Part shown: one piece after another, positions 9,053 to 19,601 of the stretch
How positions within the stretch are numbered: the first letter of the stretch is position 1
Layout: each line of letters opens with the position of its first letter
IMG/VR virus record: IMGVR_UViG_3300044856_000190
Coordinates: 2,195-66,194 of that record
DNA: 64,000 nt
Direction: 5' to 3' (one strand)
Source: a virus
Lineage: Duplodnaviria > Caudoviricetes
Notes under the pieces: generated by a model
Told to the model about the DNA's origin: nothing
Seen by the model: only the letters and a program-made list of their open reading frames with translations
Databases searched by the model: none
Program-made: the position numbers and the translations under genes

Positions 9053-9811
9053 ATGAATAATAACATTAGTCTTGTTACCATTATTGCAGCTGTAATTATT
9101 GCAGCTATTGTAATATTTGGTATTTATCTTTACTTAAAAACAGCTAAGAATAAGAAGAACACAGACGCTGCTCAGAAGTTCTTAGATGAATTGAAGGATG
9201 CTCTTTTTGCAACAGCAGAGAATATCGTAGATAGTTTCGATTATTCGAAATATAAAAATCTCGAGGATGCTGAAAAAGCTATATTGACAGAAATTTATGA
9301 CGGTGCTTGGGATTATATTAATCAAATCCTTATGTCCTCAAGTAACCGTGTTGCTAAGCTCGCAGCTAAAGTATTAACTAGAGATATGGTTGTAACATAT
9401 CTACAGAAGCTGTTTGAAGAGCTTGGACTTATTGATACTATCGGTCAGAAGTATGCAGCTTTAAATATTTCATTAAACTCTGATGCTGTAGTTGCTGAAG
9501 ACCAATCATTACAGGATGAATTTACTGATCAGGATAAATATAATGAAGATACAACTGAAGCTGACTTACATGCTCCAGAGGAAGAGGAAATTCCTGATGA
9601 AGAATTGGCAAAGCTGAATCCAGCTCAGGATACAGATGAAGTTGTCTATTCAGATGATGATGAATCTGTAGAAGCAGTATCAAGTACTATCGTTATGAAG
9701 CATGATAAAAATGGTAAACCATTATATTATGAGAACGATGGACTTGGATCTTTAAAAAGAGTAACCAAATCTTATGCAACTAAGTGCGGATTACCTATAA
9801 TTGAAGATTAA
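9053..9811 (+). CDS. N-terminally membrane-anchored protein with acidic C-terminal half (252 aa)
   Basis: TM segment ISLVTIIAAVIIAAIVIFGIYLYL; D/E-rich tail; AACT-N6-TA promoter at 9002-9013. Confidence 0.7.
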   Translation: MNNNISLVTIIAAVIIAAIVIFGIYLYLKTAKNKKNTDAAQKFLDELKDALFATAENIVDSFDYSKYKNLEDAEKAILTEIYDGAWDYINQILMSSSNRVAKLAAKVLTRDMVVTYLQKLFEELGLIDTIGQKYAALNISLNSDAVVAEDQSLQDEFTDQDKYNEDTTEADLHAPEEEEIPDEELAKLNPAQDTDEVVYSDDDESVEAVSSTIVMKHDKNGKPLYYENDGLGSLKRVTKSYATKCGLPIIED

Positions 9812-9872
9812 TAAATGGGAGATGGGAATAATCCCATCTCCTGTTATTTTTTGTAAAGGTGGTGAAATCATT

Positions 9873-10064
9873 ATGAGTAGAAAGAAACAGGATTTAGAAG
9901 TAGTATTGAATAAAAATAAAAAAGATGCTCTATTATCTACCAATATACCAAACTATGATATTTATAAGCCATATGCAGAATATGAGTATGATAAAAAGAA
10001 AATGGAAGAGCATAAAATAATTCATGATGAGATTAATAGAGTTGCTATGACAGATATATTATAA
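9873..10064 (+). CDS. small hypothetical protein (63 aa)
   Basis: Start reassigned to ATG 9873 after SD AAGGTGG; the upstream part of the ORF call overlaps a terminator. Confidence 0.6.
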   Translation: MSRKKQDLEVVLNKNKKDALLSTNIPNYDIYKPYAEYEYDKKKMEEHKIIHDEINRVAMTDIL

Positions 10065-10144
10065 AAACGAAGGAGGTAGCCATATGCAATTTCTGCATAT
10101 GGCTTTTGCCCAATGTTTAATCAAGTAATTTCAACAGTAACCCA

Positions 10145-11500
10145 TTATTTTAATGTTCCAGAATTAATACGTCTCTTAGAGAATACATTATGCATAGAAT
10201 CTAATTCATTGATATAATTTCTATCATAATATACAGCAATATGAATTACACCTTCATCTTCTGGATGATCAAATATAATTATATTTGTTTTCCAATCCAT
10301 AGTAAACTTTACATTTCTCTGAATATCTTCATCTCTATAAAGTTTAATATTTACAAACTTAAATGGAGATACTCCGACTTTTAATGAATCTGCTATTGCT
10401 CTTCCTAATGGATTATTAGTAGATCCAAATATATCAGATAAATCAATTTCAGTATCACCTTTATCACATTGATAATCTGTTACTGCTCCTTGATTCCAAC
10501 CATGCTCATCTACTTTAGGAACTTCAAATAGATTAATACTATATATAGCAACACAACCTTCATTTGCTTCTTTTATAGCAATAGAATCCATTAATTCTTC
10601 TGGAGCATAATATGCATAATAATGAGGGATAGGAATAGTTAATACAGCATTCATTTCTACATGATAATTGAAGTCTAACTTACCATCTCTTTCTCCATCA
10701 TCTAATTGTAATTTGTCTCTGACAGCAATATGAGTGTATAAATTATTAATTCTAATAAAGTACTCTGGTTGTTGATTAATTGCTCGTAATTTAAATAAGA
10801 ATACCACGTCAGAGTGTTGATTTAGATACTCTAAGAAGAGTAATATTTCTTTTACTTCTCCTTTTTCATCTAATTCAAATCCTGTACGTTTTGCAATATC
10901 AGTAATTATATATTTTGGTACATGAAAATCTACACTAATGTATCTGTATTGTGTAGAACCATTTCTAAAATATAATTCCATACGATTAAATGTATCTAAT
11001 TGCTCAGATCTAGAATTTACTCTTACCTTAAAAGCAAAATCCATTCTTAATGCTCTGGGCATAAATCCTAAAAACATATTTCTTTCATAATCTTTAAAGA
11101 AAGCATCCTGAGAATTTGATCTTTTTAAATAAATCTCTGGAGGAGCTTGATATAAATCTAATCCTTCACGATCAAAATCATATTCTACTGTAGGAGCTAT
11201 TCTAGCTCTAGGATTTTGACCTTTTATAATATTTTTCATTGCATATTCATTTAATCTTTTATAATCGTCTAATACATTCTTTCCATCAATATAAATTCCA
11301 CCACGGAAAAAATCTTTTGGAAATTTACTTTTAAACCAATCATACATATATTCAATTGCTAGTGAATATCCATGTACATAAGATGGTAATGCTAAATTTC
11401 CATATAATTTCTTTACGTTATATATTCCAGCATCACTTACAGGAACATCTCTTAACTCAAATTGTTGTTGCATATCAGCAAGAGAAATTGGCTTTCCCAT
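10145..11500 (-). CDS. probable virion structural (tail/neck-associated) protein (451 aa)
   Basis: AACT-N6-TA promoter at 11532-11543; divergent from the hub-like gene; function inferred. Confidence 0.4.
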   Translation of the reverse strand: MGKPISLADMQQQFELRDVPVSDAGIYNVKKLYGNLALPSYVHGYSLAIEYMYDWFKSKFPKDFFRGGIYIDGKNVLDDYKRLNEYAMKNIIKGQNPRARIAPTVEYDFDREGLDLYQAPPEIYLKRSNSQDAFFKDYERNMFLGFMPRALRMDFAFKVRVNSRSEQLDTFNRMELYFRNGSTQYRYISVDFHVPKYIITDIAKRTGFELDEKGEVKEILLFLEYLNQHSDVVFLFKLRAINQQPEYFIRINNLYTHIAVRDKLQLDDGERDGKLDFNYHVEMNAVLTIPIPHYYAYYAPEELMDSIAIKEANEGCVAIYSINLFEVPKVDEHGWNQGAVTDYQCDKGDTEIDLSDIFGSTNNPLGRAIADSLKVGVSPFKFVNIKLYRDEDIQRNVKFTMDWKTNIIIFDHPEDEGVIHIAVYYDRNYINELDSMHNVFSKRRINSGTLK

Positions 11501-11531
11501 TATATAATCTCCTTTCTCTAGAAAGTTTAAT

Positions 11532-11579
11532 TATACTAAAGTTCAGATTTTATAATCTATCAGATTTCACATCGGGATA
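11532..11579. promoter_or_regulatory. divergent pair of late-type promoters
   Basis: Minus strand AACT TTAGTA TA (11532-11543); plus strand CACA TCGGGA TA (11568-11579). Confidence 0.6.
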
Positions 11580-11608
11580 ATATTACTAGTATGAAAGGAG
11601 TTATTATT

Positions 11609-12916
11609 ATGGCTATTGATTTAGCTTATGAAGCTGAAATTACTCTGGGGTTTAATTATAATAAAACTCGATTAATTAATATAGAACAAGCTCGAATATC
11701 ATATATTATGATAGAGCATAAATATGAGTCAGTTAATATTCTTCCAGTAATATATCTTGCTGTAAGTTTATCTTCTGATATGTATACTAAAGTCGTAACC
11801 TCTTATAAGAAATCTAGTTTTCGACTTAAGATTAAAAAGAGAAATGCTTTATTATCCAGCTCTATACAATCTACAGTTGTTGATGATGAGTTTACTTATA
11901 TTCCATCTTCTACAAATCCAAATATATCTGCACAGATTAATTCAAATGCAGATTCAGATGGTAATTCTTATAGATCAATTACATTAGGATTAGTATCTCA
12001 ATCTATGACAAATAAATTAAGACAATCATTCAATGGAATATATAATAATATATCTGAGAATGAAATTATTGATCTTGGATTGAAGGGAATTAGAAAAGTA
12101 ATTAAGGAAGATATTGTAAATAATGAAAAATATGATACAATTATTATTCCTCCATTAGCTTCTAGATATAAGCTATTAAATTTCTTATTTGATCGTGATC
12201 CTTTTTATGATACAGGATTTACATTCTATATGGATTTTAAAGATACTGTATATTTATTATCGAAGAATGGTAAAGCAGTAGATGCACAAGATGGAAAACC
12301 TACAGATGTAATTATAGATATACTAGAGATAGATGATTCAGATTCATTTAAGGAAGGATTTCAATTAAAGAATAAAGCTTATAGAATTGCTATAAACTCT
12401 TCAGATACAAATGTAACTTTAAATGGGGCTACAGCAAAAGTAGCAAATCAAATAGTTGCTTATGAAGATGATTTGAAACATGCAGAAACTTTAAATTTGA
12501 ATATGAATAATAGTGATACTGCTACTCGTAAAATGTTTGTTCGTTCTAATGCTGGTACTGTATTGAAATCAGAATTAGAGACAAATGCTTTTATGATAGA
12601 GCTATTAAAAAAGAATATTGATAGTGATATATTTACTCCAAATAAAGCTTATAAAGTAAATAATATTTCTCAATATTCTGAATATAATGGTAATTATATT
12701 CTTTCTTATAAACGAGAATTTTATAAGTTATCAGAAGGTACTACTGGTAGATTTATAGTAACTTGTAATGTAGGATTGAAAAGAGTTTCTAATCCTAGTA
12801 ATGAATATATCTCTAATAGTGGAGGTATTATTAGTAAATCTGGAACTACAATGAGACGTACAACTTCTAGAAAAACTACAAGTGAAAATAGAATTAACAA
12901 TAGAAAGAAACTTTAA
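11609..12916 (+). CDS. probable baseplate hub (T4 gp27-like) protein
   Basis: Start ATG 11609 (SD AAGGAG); size and C-terminal pattern FTPNKAYKV...YNGNYILSYKREFY resemble the last hub domain; CACA-N6-TA promoter at 11568-11579. Confidence 0.4.
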   Translation: MAIDLAYEAEITLGFNYNKTRLINIEQARISYIMIEHKYESVNILPVIYLAVSLSSDMYTKVVTSYKKSSFRLKIKKRNALLSSSIQSTVVDDEFTYIPSSTNPNISAQINSNADSDGNSYRSITLGLVSQSMTNKLRQSFNGIYNNISENEIIDLGLKGIRKVIKEDIVNNEKYDTIIIPPLASRYKLLNFLFDRDPFYDTGFTFYMDFKDTVYLLSKNGKAVDAQDGKPTDVIIDILEIDDSDSFKEGFQLKNKAYRIAINSSDTNVTLNGATAKVANQIVAYEDDLKHAETLNLNMNNSDTATRKMFVRSNAGTVLKSELETNAFMIELLKKNIDSDIFTPNKAYKVNNISQYSEYNGNYILSYKREFYKLSEGTTGRFIVTCNVGLKRVSNPSNEYISNSGGIISKSGTTMRRTTSRKTTSENRINNRKKL

Positions 12917-12920
12917 AAAT

Positions 12921-12947
12921 TCCTCTAGGGTGATAAGCCCTAGAGGA
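12921..12947. terminator. bidirectional terminator
   Basis: TCCTCTAGGG/CCCTAGAGGA between convergent genes. Confidence 0.8.
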
Positions 12948-12953
12948 TATATT

Positions 12954-13937
12954 TTATTCTTCTTTATCATCATCCATATCTAATTCAAGCATTAATTTTG
13001 GTTCTGCATTTTCTATAAAATCCAATAGATCTTTTTTCTTTCTTGGATCTATTTTATAAACCTGCTTAGTCGCATCAAAACTATTATCTTCATTTACATA
13101 TGATTGTTCCATAACCCAGTATGTTTCACCATTATCAAAATACATTTCTGGATTAAATGAATCTAAATATACTGGATGGCATGAAATTGAATAGTAATCA
13201 GTTCTTTCATATCTTGTTCTATGATCAGATCCATCCATAAGTATTCCCAAATTATCATATGTTAATTCTATAGTAGTCTTATGAATGCCATTTTCAAAAT
13301 AGATAACTGCTTGAGGATAGAATAAATTCTTATCTGGGCAATTAGGAATAGCAAGCATTCCTGTATATGATGTATTAATCATATTTCCATCTTTAGATAA
13401 TATAGTATATGCATCTATACTAAATGGTTTTGATGATACATTATAAGTAAATGCAGTATTACCAAATATTATTATTTCATATTCAAGTTTTAAATCACCG
13501 TCAGATTTCACTGATAATACTCTTGCTGTATTATTTTCAAATAGCATACACATATTTTCTTCATCTACTTCAAATGTGTATAATATTTTATTATGATCTG
13601 GTAACTCTAATGGAAGAGAAGCTTTATATTTTCCATTGATTATATTATCTTTTGGAGCTTGGCGCATAGTTAAGCTTAATGCCTTATCAGGGGTACTATG
13701 ATTACGAATCTCTAAAGCTTTGCTTAAATTTTCTGGAATCAAATTGCAATTAATATGTCTTTTTCTTCCATGATGCTTCATTTCACCAGTATAATGAAAA
13801 ATTGAACCATTTACTTTTTCCATAGTCAAATCTACATCTGATATATCGTTCTTATATGTCATAGCAGCAATAGAATTATCTGGATTTACAAAATACATTT
13901 GTGTAGAAACTAAAGTGCCATATTCTGATAATTTCAT
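12954..13937 (-). CDS. hypothetical beta-rich protein (327 aa)
   Basis: SD AAGGAGG; AACC-N6-TA motif at 13961-13972. Confidence 0.7.
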   Translation of the reverse strand: MKLSEYGTLVSTQMYFVNPDNSIAAMTYKNDISDVDLTMEKVNGSIFHYTGEMKHHGRKRHINCNLIPENLSKALEIRNHSTPDKALSLTMRQAPKDNIINGKYKASLPLELPDHNKILYTFEVDEENMCMLFENNTARVLSVKSDGDLKLEYEIIIFGNTAFTYNVSSKPFSIDAYTILSKDGNMINTSYTGMLAIPNCPDKNLFYPQAVIYFENGIHKTTIELTYDNLGILMDGSDHRTRYERTDYYSISCHPVYLDSFNPEMYFDNGETYWVMEQSYVNEDNSFDATKQVYKIDPRKKKDLLDFIENAEPKLMLELDMDDDKEE

Positions 13938-14012
13938 TTTAAAAATCCTCCTTAATAAATTAATATGAGGTTAAAATACCAGTAGGATTTTAAATATCCT
14001 ACTGGCATATTA

Positions 14013-15464
14013 TTAACACATTGTACGTGAACACTCCATCAATTCTCTAACGCATCTAGAGATTCTTCTCTTATCATCTACACATTCCTCAAGCTCTTCA
14101 GAATTACAATATTCTCTAAGATCCTGAATTGCAGATTCAATCCAAATTGGTAATTTATAAAGCTGCTTTTCAGAGAAACTTCCATTTAAAGCCTGTACAG
14201 CTTCTAATAAAGCTCCTTCCTGATAACACTGCTCATTATTTTTTGCATATGATGTAATAGAATCTAATCCAGCTTCCATTACATTATCTACATATTTACC
14301 AATTGTCATATCACTCTGATATGTTTCAGCACACTCTTTCAAATGTGTCCTAATAAGAGGATTAACCTGACCAGTCATAAAGTTTGCTTTACTGATTTTT
14401 CCTTTAAACTTTGTAGCTTCTTTATTATTAGCAGCTTTTGCTAATTCTAAAGTATTCTTATTCTTAAAGGAAATTGCAGATTCTCTCATAGAAGCATTTG
14501 TTAAAGTATTAGTTCCAACCTTTAAGATCTCATTAATAAACTTAACCATAGCTGTACCACAGCATTTCTCTACCTGGTTCTGGTTTACAATATAAGATCC
14601 AACGTAAGTACAAGCAAGAATATTTGCAAATGATGTAAATAATTCACATCCATATTGTGTACCAATATTGAATCTATAGATCCATTTACTTACAAATACC
14701 TCTGTAGTAAATCCTTTTAATTTGAATGTATGAGCAATAGATGTAACGAAGCAATCAATATCATCAAACATTCCATCATCTATATAGAGATTAAATGCCT
14801 CAATATTTTTCTTATCAATTCCAGAAATTGCTGCTGCTACACTTCTAGCATAATTATCTAATGGTTTGCTCATCATATTGGTTAAGAAGAATAAAGCAAC
14901 AAGATAAGAAATCTTATTCTTATTCTCAGAGTATCCAATAATTCTAAGATAATCCAGAACAAAATTAAACATAGAAACATAGCATTCTGTAGCATTGATT
15001 GTAACGTTACTATTATTCATAATCTTCATATTAGCATTTCTATATAAGATATATATTAATGCTTCAAGAAGATAAGTAACAAATACATCAACCTTTCTAC
15101 AATAATAATAACCGTTCTTATATTCAATTAATCCTGTACAATCAATAAAAACAGTAGAGTTCTTTCCATTTAAAACATCTTTTGCTTCGAATACTTTAAA
15201 TGCTCTTGGTAACTCAGATTTATTAATACAAATCTGTACGTTATCAAGAAGCAATACTGTATATAATACAGAACTCATCTGCTGTCTTTTTACATCTTCC
15301 AGAATACCTCTAAAAGATTCAGCATGTTTATCTTCAACTCTATGAGCATTCATGATAAAATCTTTCAGAACTGCGTTGTTTTTTGATCCACCAGCCTGAT
15401 TTGCTTTTGTGATTTTATTATTATAAAGATAGCTATCTTTATAAGTTTTAATTTCAAAACTCAA
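14013..15464 (-). CDS. probable virion protein (483 aa)
   Basis: SD AAGGAGG with TTG start; AACA-N6-TA promoter at 15504-15515; function inferred from the promoter class. Confidence 0.45.
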   Translation of the reverse strand: MSFEIKTYKDSYLYNNKITKANQAGGSKNNAVLKDFIMNAHRVEDKHAESFRGILEDVKRQQMSSVLYTVLLLDNVQICINKSELPRAFKVFEAKDVLNGKNSTVFIDCTGLIEYKNGYYYCRKVDVFVTYLLEALIYILYRNANMKIMNNSNVTINATECYVSMFNFVLDYLRIIGYSENKNKISYLVALFFLTNMMSKPLDNYARSVAAAISGIDKKNIEAFNLYIDDGMFDDIDCFVTSIAHTFKLKGFTTEVFVSKWIYRFNIGTQYGCELFTSFANILACTYVGSYIVNQNQVEKCCGTAMVKFINEILKVGTNTLTNASMRESAISFKNKNTLELAKAANNKEATKFKGKISKANFMTGQVNPLIRTHLKECAETYQSDMTIGKYVDNVMEAGLDSITSYAKNNEQCYQEGALLEAVQALNGSFSEKQLYKLPIWIESAIQDLREYCNSEELEECVDDKRRISRCVRELMECSRTMC

Positions 15465-15503
15465 TTGAAGGTACCTCCTTTTTGTATAAATTTGATATCA
15501 AAT

Positions 15504-15549
15504 TATAATGATGTTGCTTTAAAACCCAAAATTGGTAATATACTATAAT
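15504..15549. promoter_or_regulatory. divergent late-type (minus) and early-type (plus) promoters
   Basis: Minus strand AACA TCATTA TA (15504-15515); plus strand AATATACTATAAT (15537-15549). Confidence 0.6.
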
Positions 15550-15586
15550 CATGATAAAATAATATATTTTTGGAGGATACTAAATT

Positions 15587-16531
15587 ATGGTAGAACAGTT
15601 TGACACTATTGCTCAGAAACTAAATATTAGTGCAAATCTAATAAGAAAAAATTCAATCCATATGGGAGATCTTGATGGTGATTGTATGATAATTGCATTA
15701 TCTCTTATGACTAAAAAATCTTATGATATAATAGCAAAAGATTTAATCAGAATTTCAAATGGTCGAGATCGAGCAAATGGTTCTGTTGGTATAGATTTTA
15801 TTAATGAATATAATAAAAATTCATCTAATAAATATATATTTGTACCTTTAAAGAAAAATGGAATTTGCTATAACACGATCTTGAGAAACAGAGATAAAGA
15901 TTTGATGTTTATGACAGATAATCATGCATTTTGTTATATAAATGGTAAAATCATGGAACGTAAAGAGAATTACCATTCAATTGATTTAAATGGATGCAAA
16001 ACTCATTTCTTTTCATTTGAAAGAAAAATAAGACCAAAAACATACAAGTTTAGAAAAATAGGTTATGGTCCATTTAATTGTTATAATATGCTAAACGAAT
16101 CTAATTTTTTATTAAAATCATTGGGTAATATCAAATGTATTCATTCAAAGGATGATGAGTGTTTATCAAATTTTCCTATTTTAACTTTGTCAAAATTACT
16201 TGATATTTCATATAAGGAAGCTGCTATTTCAATGATACTGGATGATGATACTAAACTTGGTATTAGTGCTACTTTATTATTTGATTATATTAATAAAGAA
16301 TATAAATGTAGTATATATGATAATGATAATTTATATAGTTTATATACTTTTCTTACTTCTGAAAAAATTAAGAAAACTAATTTTATGATTGTATATGTTA
16401 AAGTAAAAATTGGTGCTTGGAAAAATAAAATAGTTCCAGTAGGTATTAAACGTGGAGTGATTTTAACTAACCCTGTTAAAATAGAAATTTTACTAACGGC
16501 ACATGTTCAAGTTGTTCAATATATAGAATGA
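15587..16531 (+). CDS. two-domain papain/C39-like cysteine peptidase-fold protein, paralog B1 (314 aa)
   Basis: GDCMIIALS..T.KSY plus HAFCYINGKI.E (Cys...His) in domain 1; repeat in domain 2 lacks the Cys (NFPILTLSKLLDISY). Confidence 0.5.
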   Translation: MVEQFDTIAQKLNISANLIRKNSIHMGDLDGDCMIIALSLMTKKSYDIIAKDLIRISNGRDRANGSVGIDFINEYNKNSSNKYIFVPLKKNGICYNTILRNRDKDLMFMTDNHAFCYINGKIMERKENYHSIDLNGCKTHFFSFERKIRPKTYKFRKIGYGPFNCYNMLNESNFLLKSLGNIKCIHSKDDECLSNFPILTLSKLLDISYKEAAISMILDDDTKLGISATLLFDYINKEYKCSIYDNDNLYSLYTFLTSEKIKKTNFMIVYVKVKIGAWKNKIVPVGIKRGVILTNPVKIEILLTAHVQVVQYIE

Positions 16532-16560
16532 TAATATTTTAAAAATAGGAGGATAAATAA

Positions 16561-17547
16561 ATGACATATTTTAAAGCAATAGCAGATGATTTAGGTATTG
16601 AAGTTTGTAAATTATAAAAGGGATCTTCGTATTCAGGATATCTTGATCTTGATGATGATTGTATGATAGTTGCATTATCAATTATGACTGAGAAGAGTTA
16701 TAGTTTTACAATAGAATTTATAAATAAAATTACAAGAGAGACTGATAGATTTCGTACTGATCCTCGTGTGCTTATAGATTTTATTAATAATTATAATAGT
16801 GATCCATTAAATAAATATGTATTCGTTCCTTTAAATGAAAATGGAATATGCTATAATATGATCTTAAGAAATAGAGATAAAGATCTGTTGATCATAAATA
16901 ATACTCATGCATTTTGCTATGTAAATGGTAAAATTATGGAAACTGATGGTAATTATTTAGCTACAGATGTATCGGGTTGTAAAATTTCAAATTTTGTATT
17001 TGAGCGTATTGAAAGATCAAAAAGACCAAAATCATACAAAGCTAAAAAGATAGGATACAAACCAAAAGCAGTTGATGTTAACTCATTAGAAGATTCAGAA
17101 TTTTTACTTAAAAGTCTAGATAATAAAGTTAAAGGATTAAAAGAACCAGCTGACGAAGAGACATTATTCAATTTGCCTATTTTGGCATTATCTCGATTAA
17201 CTAATATACCTTATAAAGAAGCAGCAATGGCATTAGTATTATTCGATGATAATCATACTGGTATTTGTACTGATTTATTGTATTCATATTTGTCAGAAAC
17301 ATATGTGAGTCTGAGTAAATCATATGATAGCGAAGAAAGAATTTATAACTTATATAGTTTTCTAACTTCAAATCAAACTGAAAAAACTAAATATATGGTG
17401 ATTTATGTAAAGATGCTATTTGGATCATGGAAAGATAGGACATTTCCTGTTGCTGTTAAAGATGGAGTTATACAATCAGATGTAGATTGTATTCAATTAT
17501 TACTATCAGCTCCTGTAACTAATGTACAGTATATTTCCACTAAATAA
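16561..17547 (+). pseudogene. paralog B2 with in-frame TAA at 16615-16617 (or a 294-aa product from ATG 16663)
   Basis: SD AGGAGG before ATG 16561; 16561 and 16663 are in frame; the translation aligns with the B1 N-terminus across the stop. Confidence 0.65.
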
Positions 17548-17573
17548 TAATATTCTTAAAAAGGAGGATTGTA

Positions 17574-18278
17574 ATGAATAAAGAAGAATTGAAAAGCAAG
17601 AACAATTCGATTCAAGAATTTCTTTATACTGTTATTACAGATGGATTGATTGAATTTTATGAATTAGATGGAAGTTCTTTTCAAAAATCAGATATGTTAA
17701 ATCCAACGGCAGCTGCTGTTGTAGTTCAATTTGTATATAATGATAGATTTAATAAAGCATATGTTGAATCTATATGTAATCAAGCTTTGATAAAGAAATT
17801 AGGAGAACAGAAAAAGTTTCCATTAAAAGATTTTTATAATGCTATTGATACTAGTATAGAAACTAATATGGATTTTTCTACTAATGTCAAAGCTAGAATT
17901 CTTAGAGATGGATATGATCATGTAACTGGAGATAATAATGTATTTACTACAGATAAATTATCTCCATACTCAATTGGATATTGGACTTCTGTTACAGATA
18001 GCTATGAATTTATTTGTGATAAAGCTCAAGTTAGATATGACATTTCTAATCAAGGTTTACCACCAGGATTAAAGAATGGAGTTCAGCTTCCACCATCTTT
18101 AAACTTTGAAAATATGCTTATAGAAGTACAAGCTATAAATAAAGAATTTAGTAATAAATATAATTCTAAAATTGCAGAGGTATATAAGAAATACCAAGTA
18201 CTATATAAGAAATATACAAATCATAGTTTGAAAGATATAAATACTATTACAAAGCGTTTCTATGTAAACGTATTATAA
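17574..18278 (+). CDS. hypothetical protein (234 aa)
   Basis: SD AAGGAGG; ORF track. Confidence 0.75.
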   Translation: MNKEELKSKNNSIQEFLYTVITDGLIEFYELDGSSFQKSDMLNPTAAAVVVQFVYNDRFNKAYVESICNQALIKKLGEQKKFPLKDFYNAIDTSIETNMDFSTNVKARILRDGYDHVTGDNNVFTTDKLSPYSIGYWTSVTDSYEFICDKAQVRYDISNQGLPPGLKNGVQLPPSLNFENMLIEVQAINKEFSNKYNSKIAEVYKKYQVLYKKYTNHSLKDINTITKRFYVNVL

Positions 18279-18288
18279 GGAGATTTCT

Positions 18289-18678
18289 ATGATAAAATCA
18301 AAATTCTCAGTTACTATGAGATGTAATAAATACAAAAAAGATACTATTCAGGCAGAAGATAAATTAGATCCAGTTAAAGTTGATCTCGAATTATATCTTG
18401 GAGAAGAAGATGCAAGGAATTTTATATTTAAGCAAAGTCCAATTGCATTCTTTGTAGATGAATTTAAGGTTTTAATGAAACCTGATAATAATTTTAATTG
18501 GTCAATTACTTTGTTTAAAGATGAATATATCTATATTGTATTAAATTCAGATCAAGTACTTAGCTATATTGAGGAGAATTATATCAATCTTGTAGTGATG
18601 AGAAAAGTTGCAAATGTGTTATCATTCGACTTTGATGCTGCTGTAGATCTTATTTCTCCACCAGCAGAGGAATTTTAA
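18289..18678 (+). CDS. hypothetical protein (129 aa)
   Basis: SD AAGGAG; followed by a terminator. Confidence 0.75.
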   Translation: MIKSKFSVTMRCNKYKKDTIQAEDKLDPVKVDLELYLGEEDARNFIFKQSPIAFFVDEFKVLMKPDNNFNWSITLFKDEYIYIVLNSDQVLSYIEENYINLVVMRKVANVLSFDFDAAVDLISPPAEEF

Positions 18679-18684
18679 CTGATA

Positions 18685-18714
18685 GTCCAGTGGGAGTTTA
18701 ATTTCCCACTGGAC
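18685..18714 (+). terminator. intrinsic terminator
   Basis: GTCCAGTGGGA/TCCCACTGGAC plus T tract. Confidence 0.8.
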
Positions 18715-18780
18715 GTTTATTTTTTATTATATTATCAACGATTCTATAATATTAGAAATAAGGCTTAAGGAGAAAATATT

Positions 18781-19599
18781 ATGATAAATTTAGGATCATT
18801 AGAAGATATATTAGAACTAGAAGGAATAGAAGAATTTAGAGAGAAAAACCTTGATTATTATTTATATAAAAATCAAGGAGTACCAAGAGTAACTCATATA
18901 ATCAAAGAATGTACAAACTCAGATGCTTTAATTAATTGGGCTTCTAGAGTTGGATTTAAAATGAAAAATATTCGTGATAAGGCTACAACTGTAGGAACTA
19001 TTACTCATTCAAAAATAGAGAATTATATGAATTATCTTCTTGTAAATCCTTCTCTTGATGAAGATCTTTATGATAATCAAGAGGATTATATTCCAGATGT
19101 CTATTGTAGAGAAATAAGTACCGCTTATAATAATTTCAAGTATTGGATGACAAAGATTAATAATATGGGAGTTTATATTCAGGAACTTAAAGGATGTGAA
19201 ATTACAGTAACTACTCCTTGGTTTGGAGGAACAATTGATGCTATTGTAAAGATTAATGGAGCTTGGTATATTATTGATTTCAAAACATCATCTAAAATAT
19301 CTACCTCATATTTAATTCAAACTACATCTTATATGTGGGCTATTAATAATGGATATTGCCCAGGAATGCCTCATATAGATGGTATTGGAATAATTCGTGT
19401 TGATAAAAAGACAAGAGGAAAATTTGAAGATTTATTTTTAAATGAATTTAATCCTATTCAGAATGAATATATCTATTCTTATCAGCAATGCTTCTTAGCA
19501 TATCTTAATGTATATTATAGAAATATTCATACAGAATATATTACCAATAATTTTAGAAAAGATTATGATACAAAATTAGTATTATCAAAAGGAGAATAG
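18781..19599 (+). CDS. PD-(D/E)XK exonuclease (RecB/Cas4/YqaJ-like)
   Basis: PRVTHII, GTITHSKIE, E...GGTIDAIV..IIDFKTS, YLIQTTSY motifs. Confidence 0.85.
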   Translation: MINLGSLEDILELEGIEEFREKNLDYYLYKNQGVPRVTHIIKECTNSDALINWASRVGFKMKNIRDKATTVGTITHSKIENYMNYLLVNPSLDEDLYDNQEDYIPDVYCREISTAYNNFKYWMTKINNMGVYIQELKGCEITVTTPWFGGTIDAIVKINGAWYIIDFKTSSKISTSYLIQTTSYMWAINNGYCPGMPHIDGIGIIRVDKKTRGKFEDLFLNEFNPIQNEYIYSYQQCFLAYLNVYYRNIHTEYITNNFRKDYDTKLVLSKGE

Positions 19600-19601
19600 A
19601 T

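Noticed and set aside
10074-10128. SD GGAGG plus 14-codon ORF (MQFLHMAFAQCLIK) whose ATG lies in a hairpin
   Set aside because: The hairpin AGCCATATGCA/TGCATATGGCT is adequately explained as the terminator between convergent genes; no evidence of translation
18781-19599. Cas4-like nuclease as evidence of a CRISPR system
   Set aside because: No repeat-spacer array or other cas genes in the window; it is a stand-alone PD-(D/E)XK exonuclease in a replication operon
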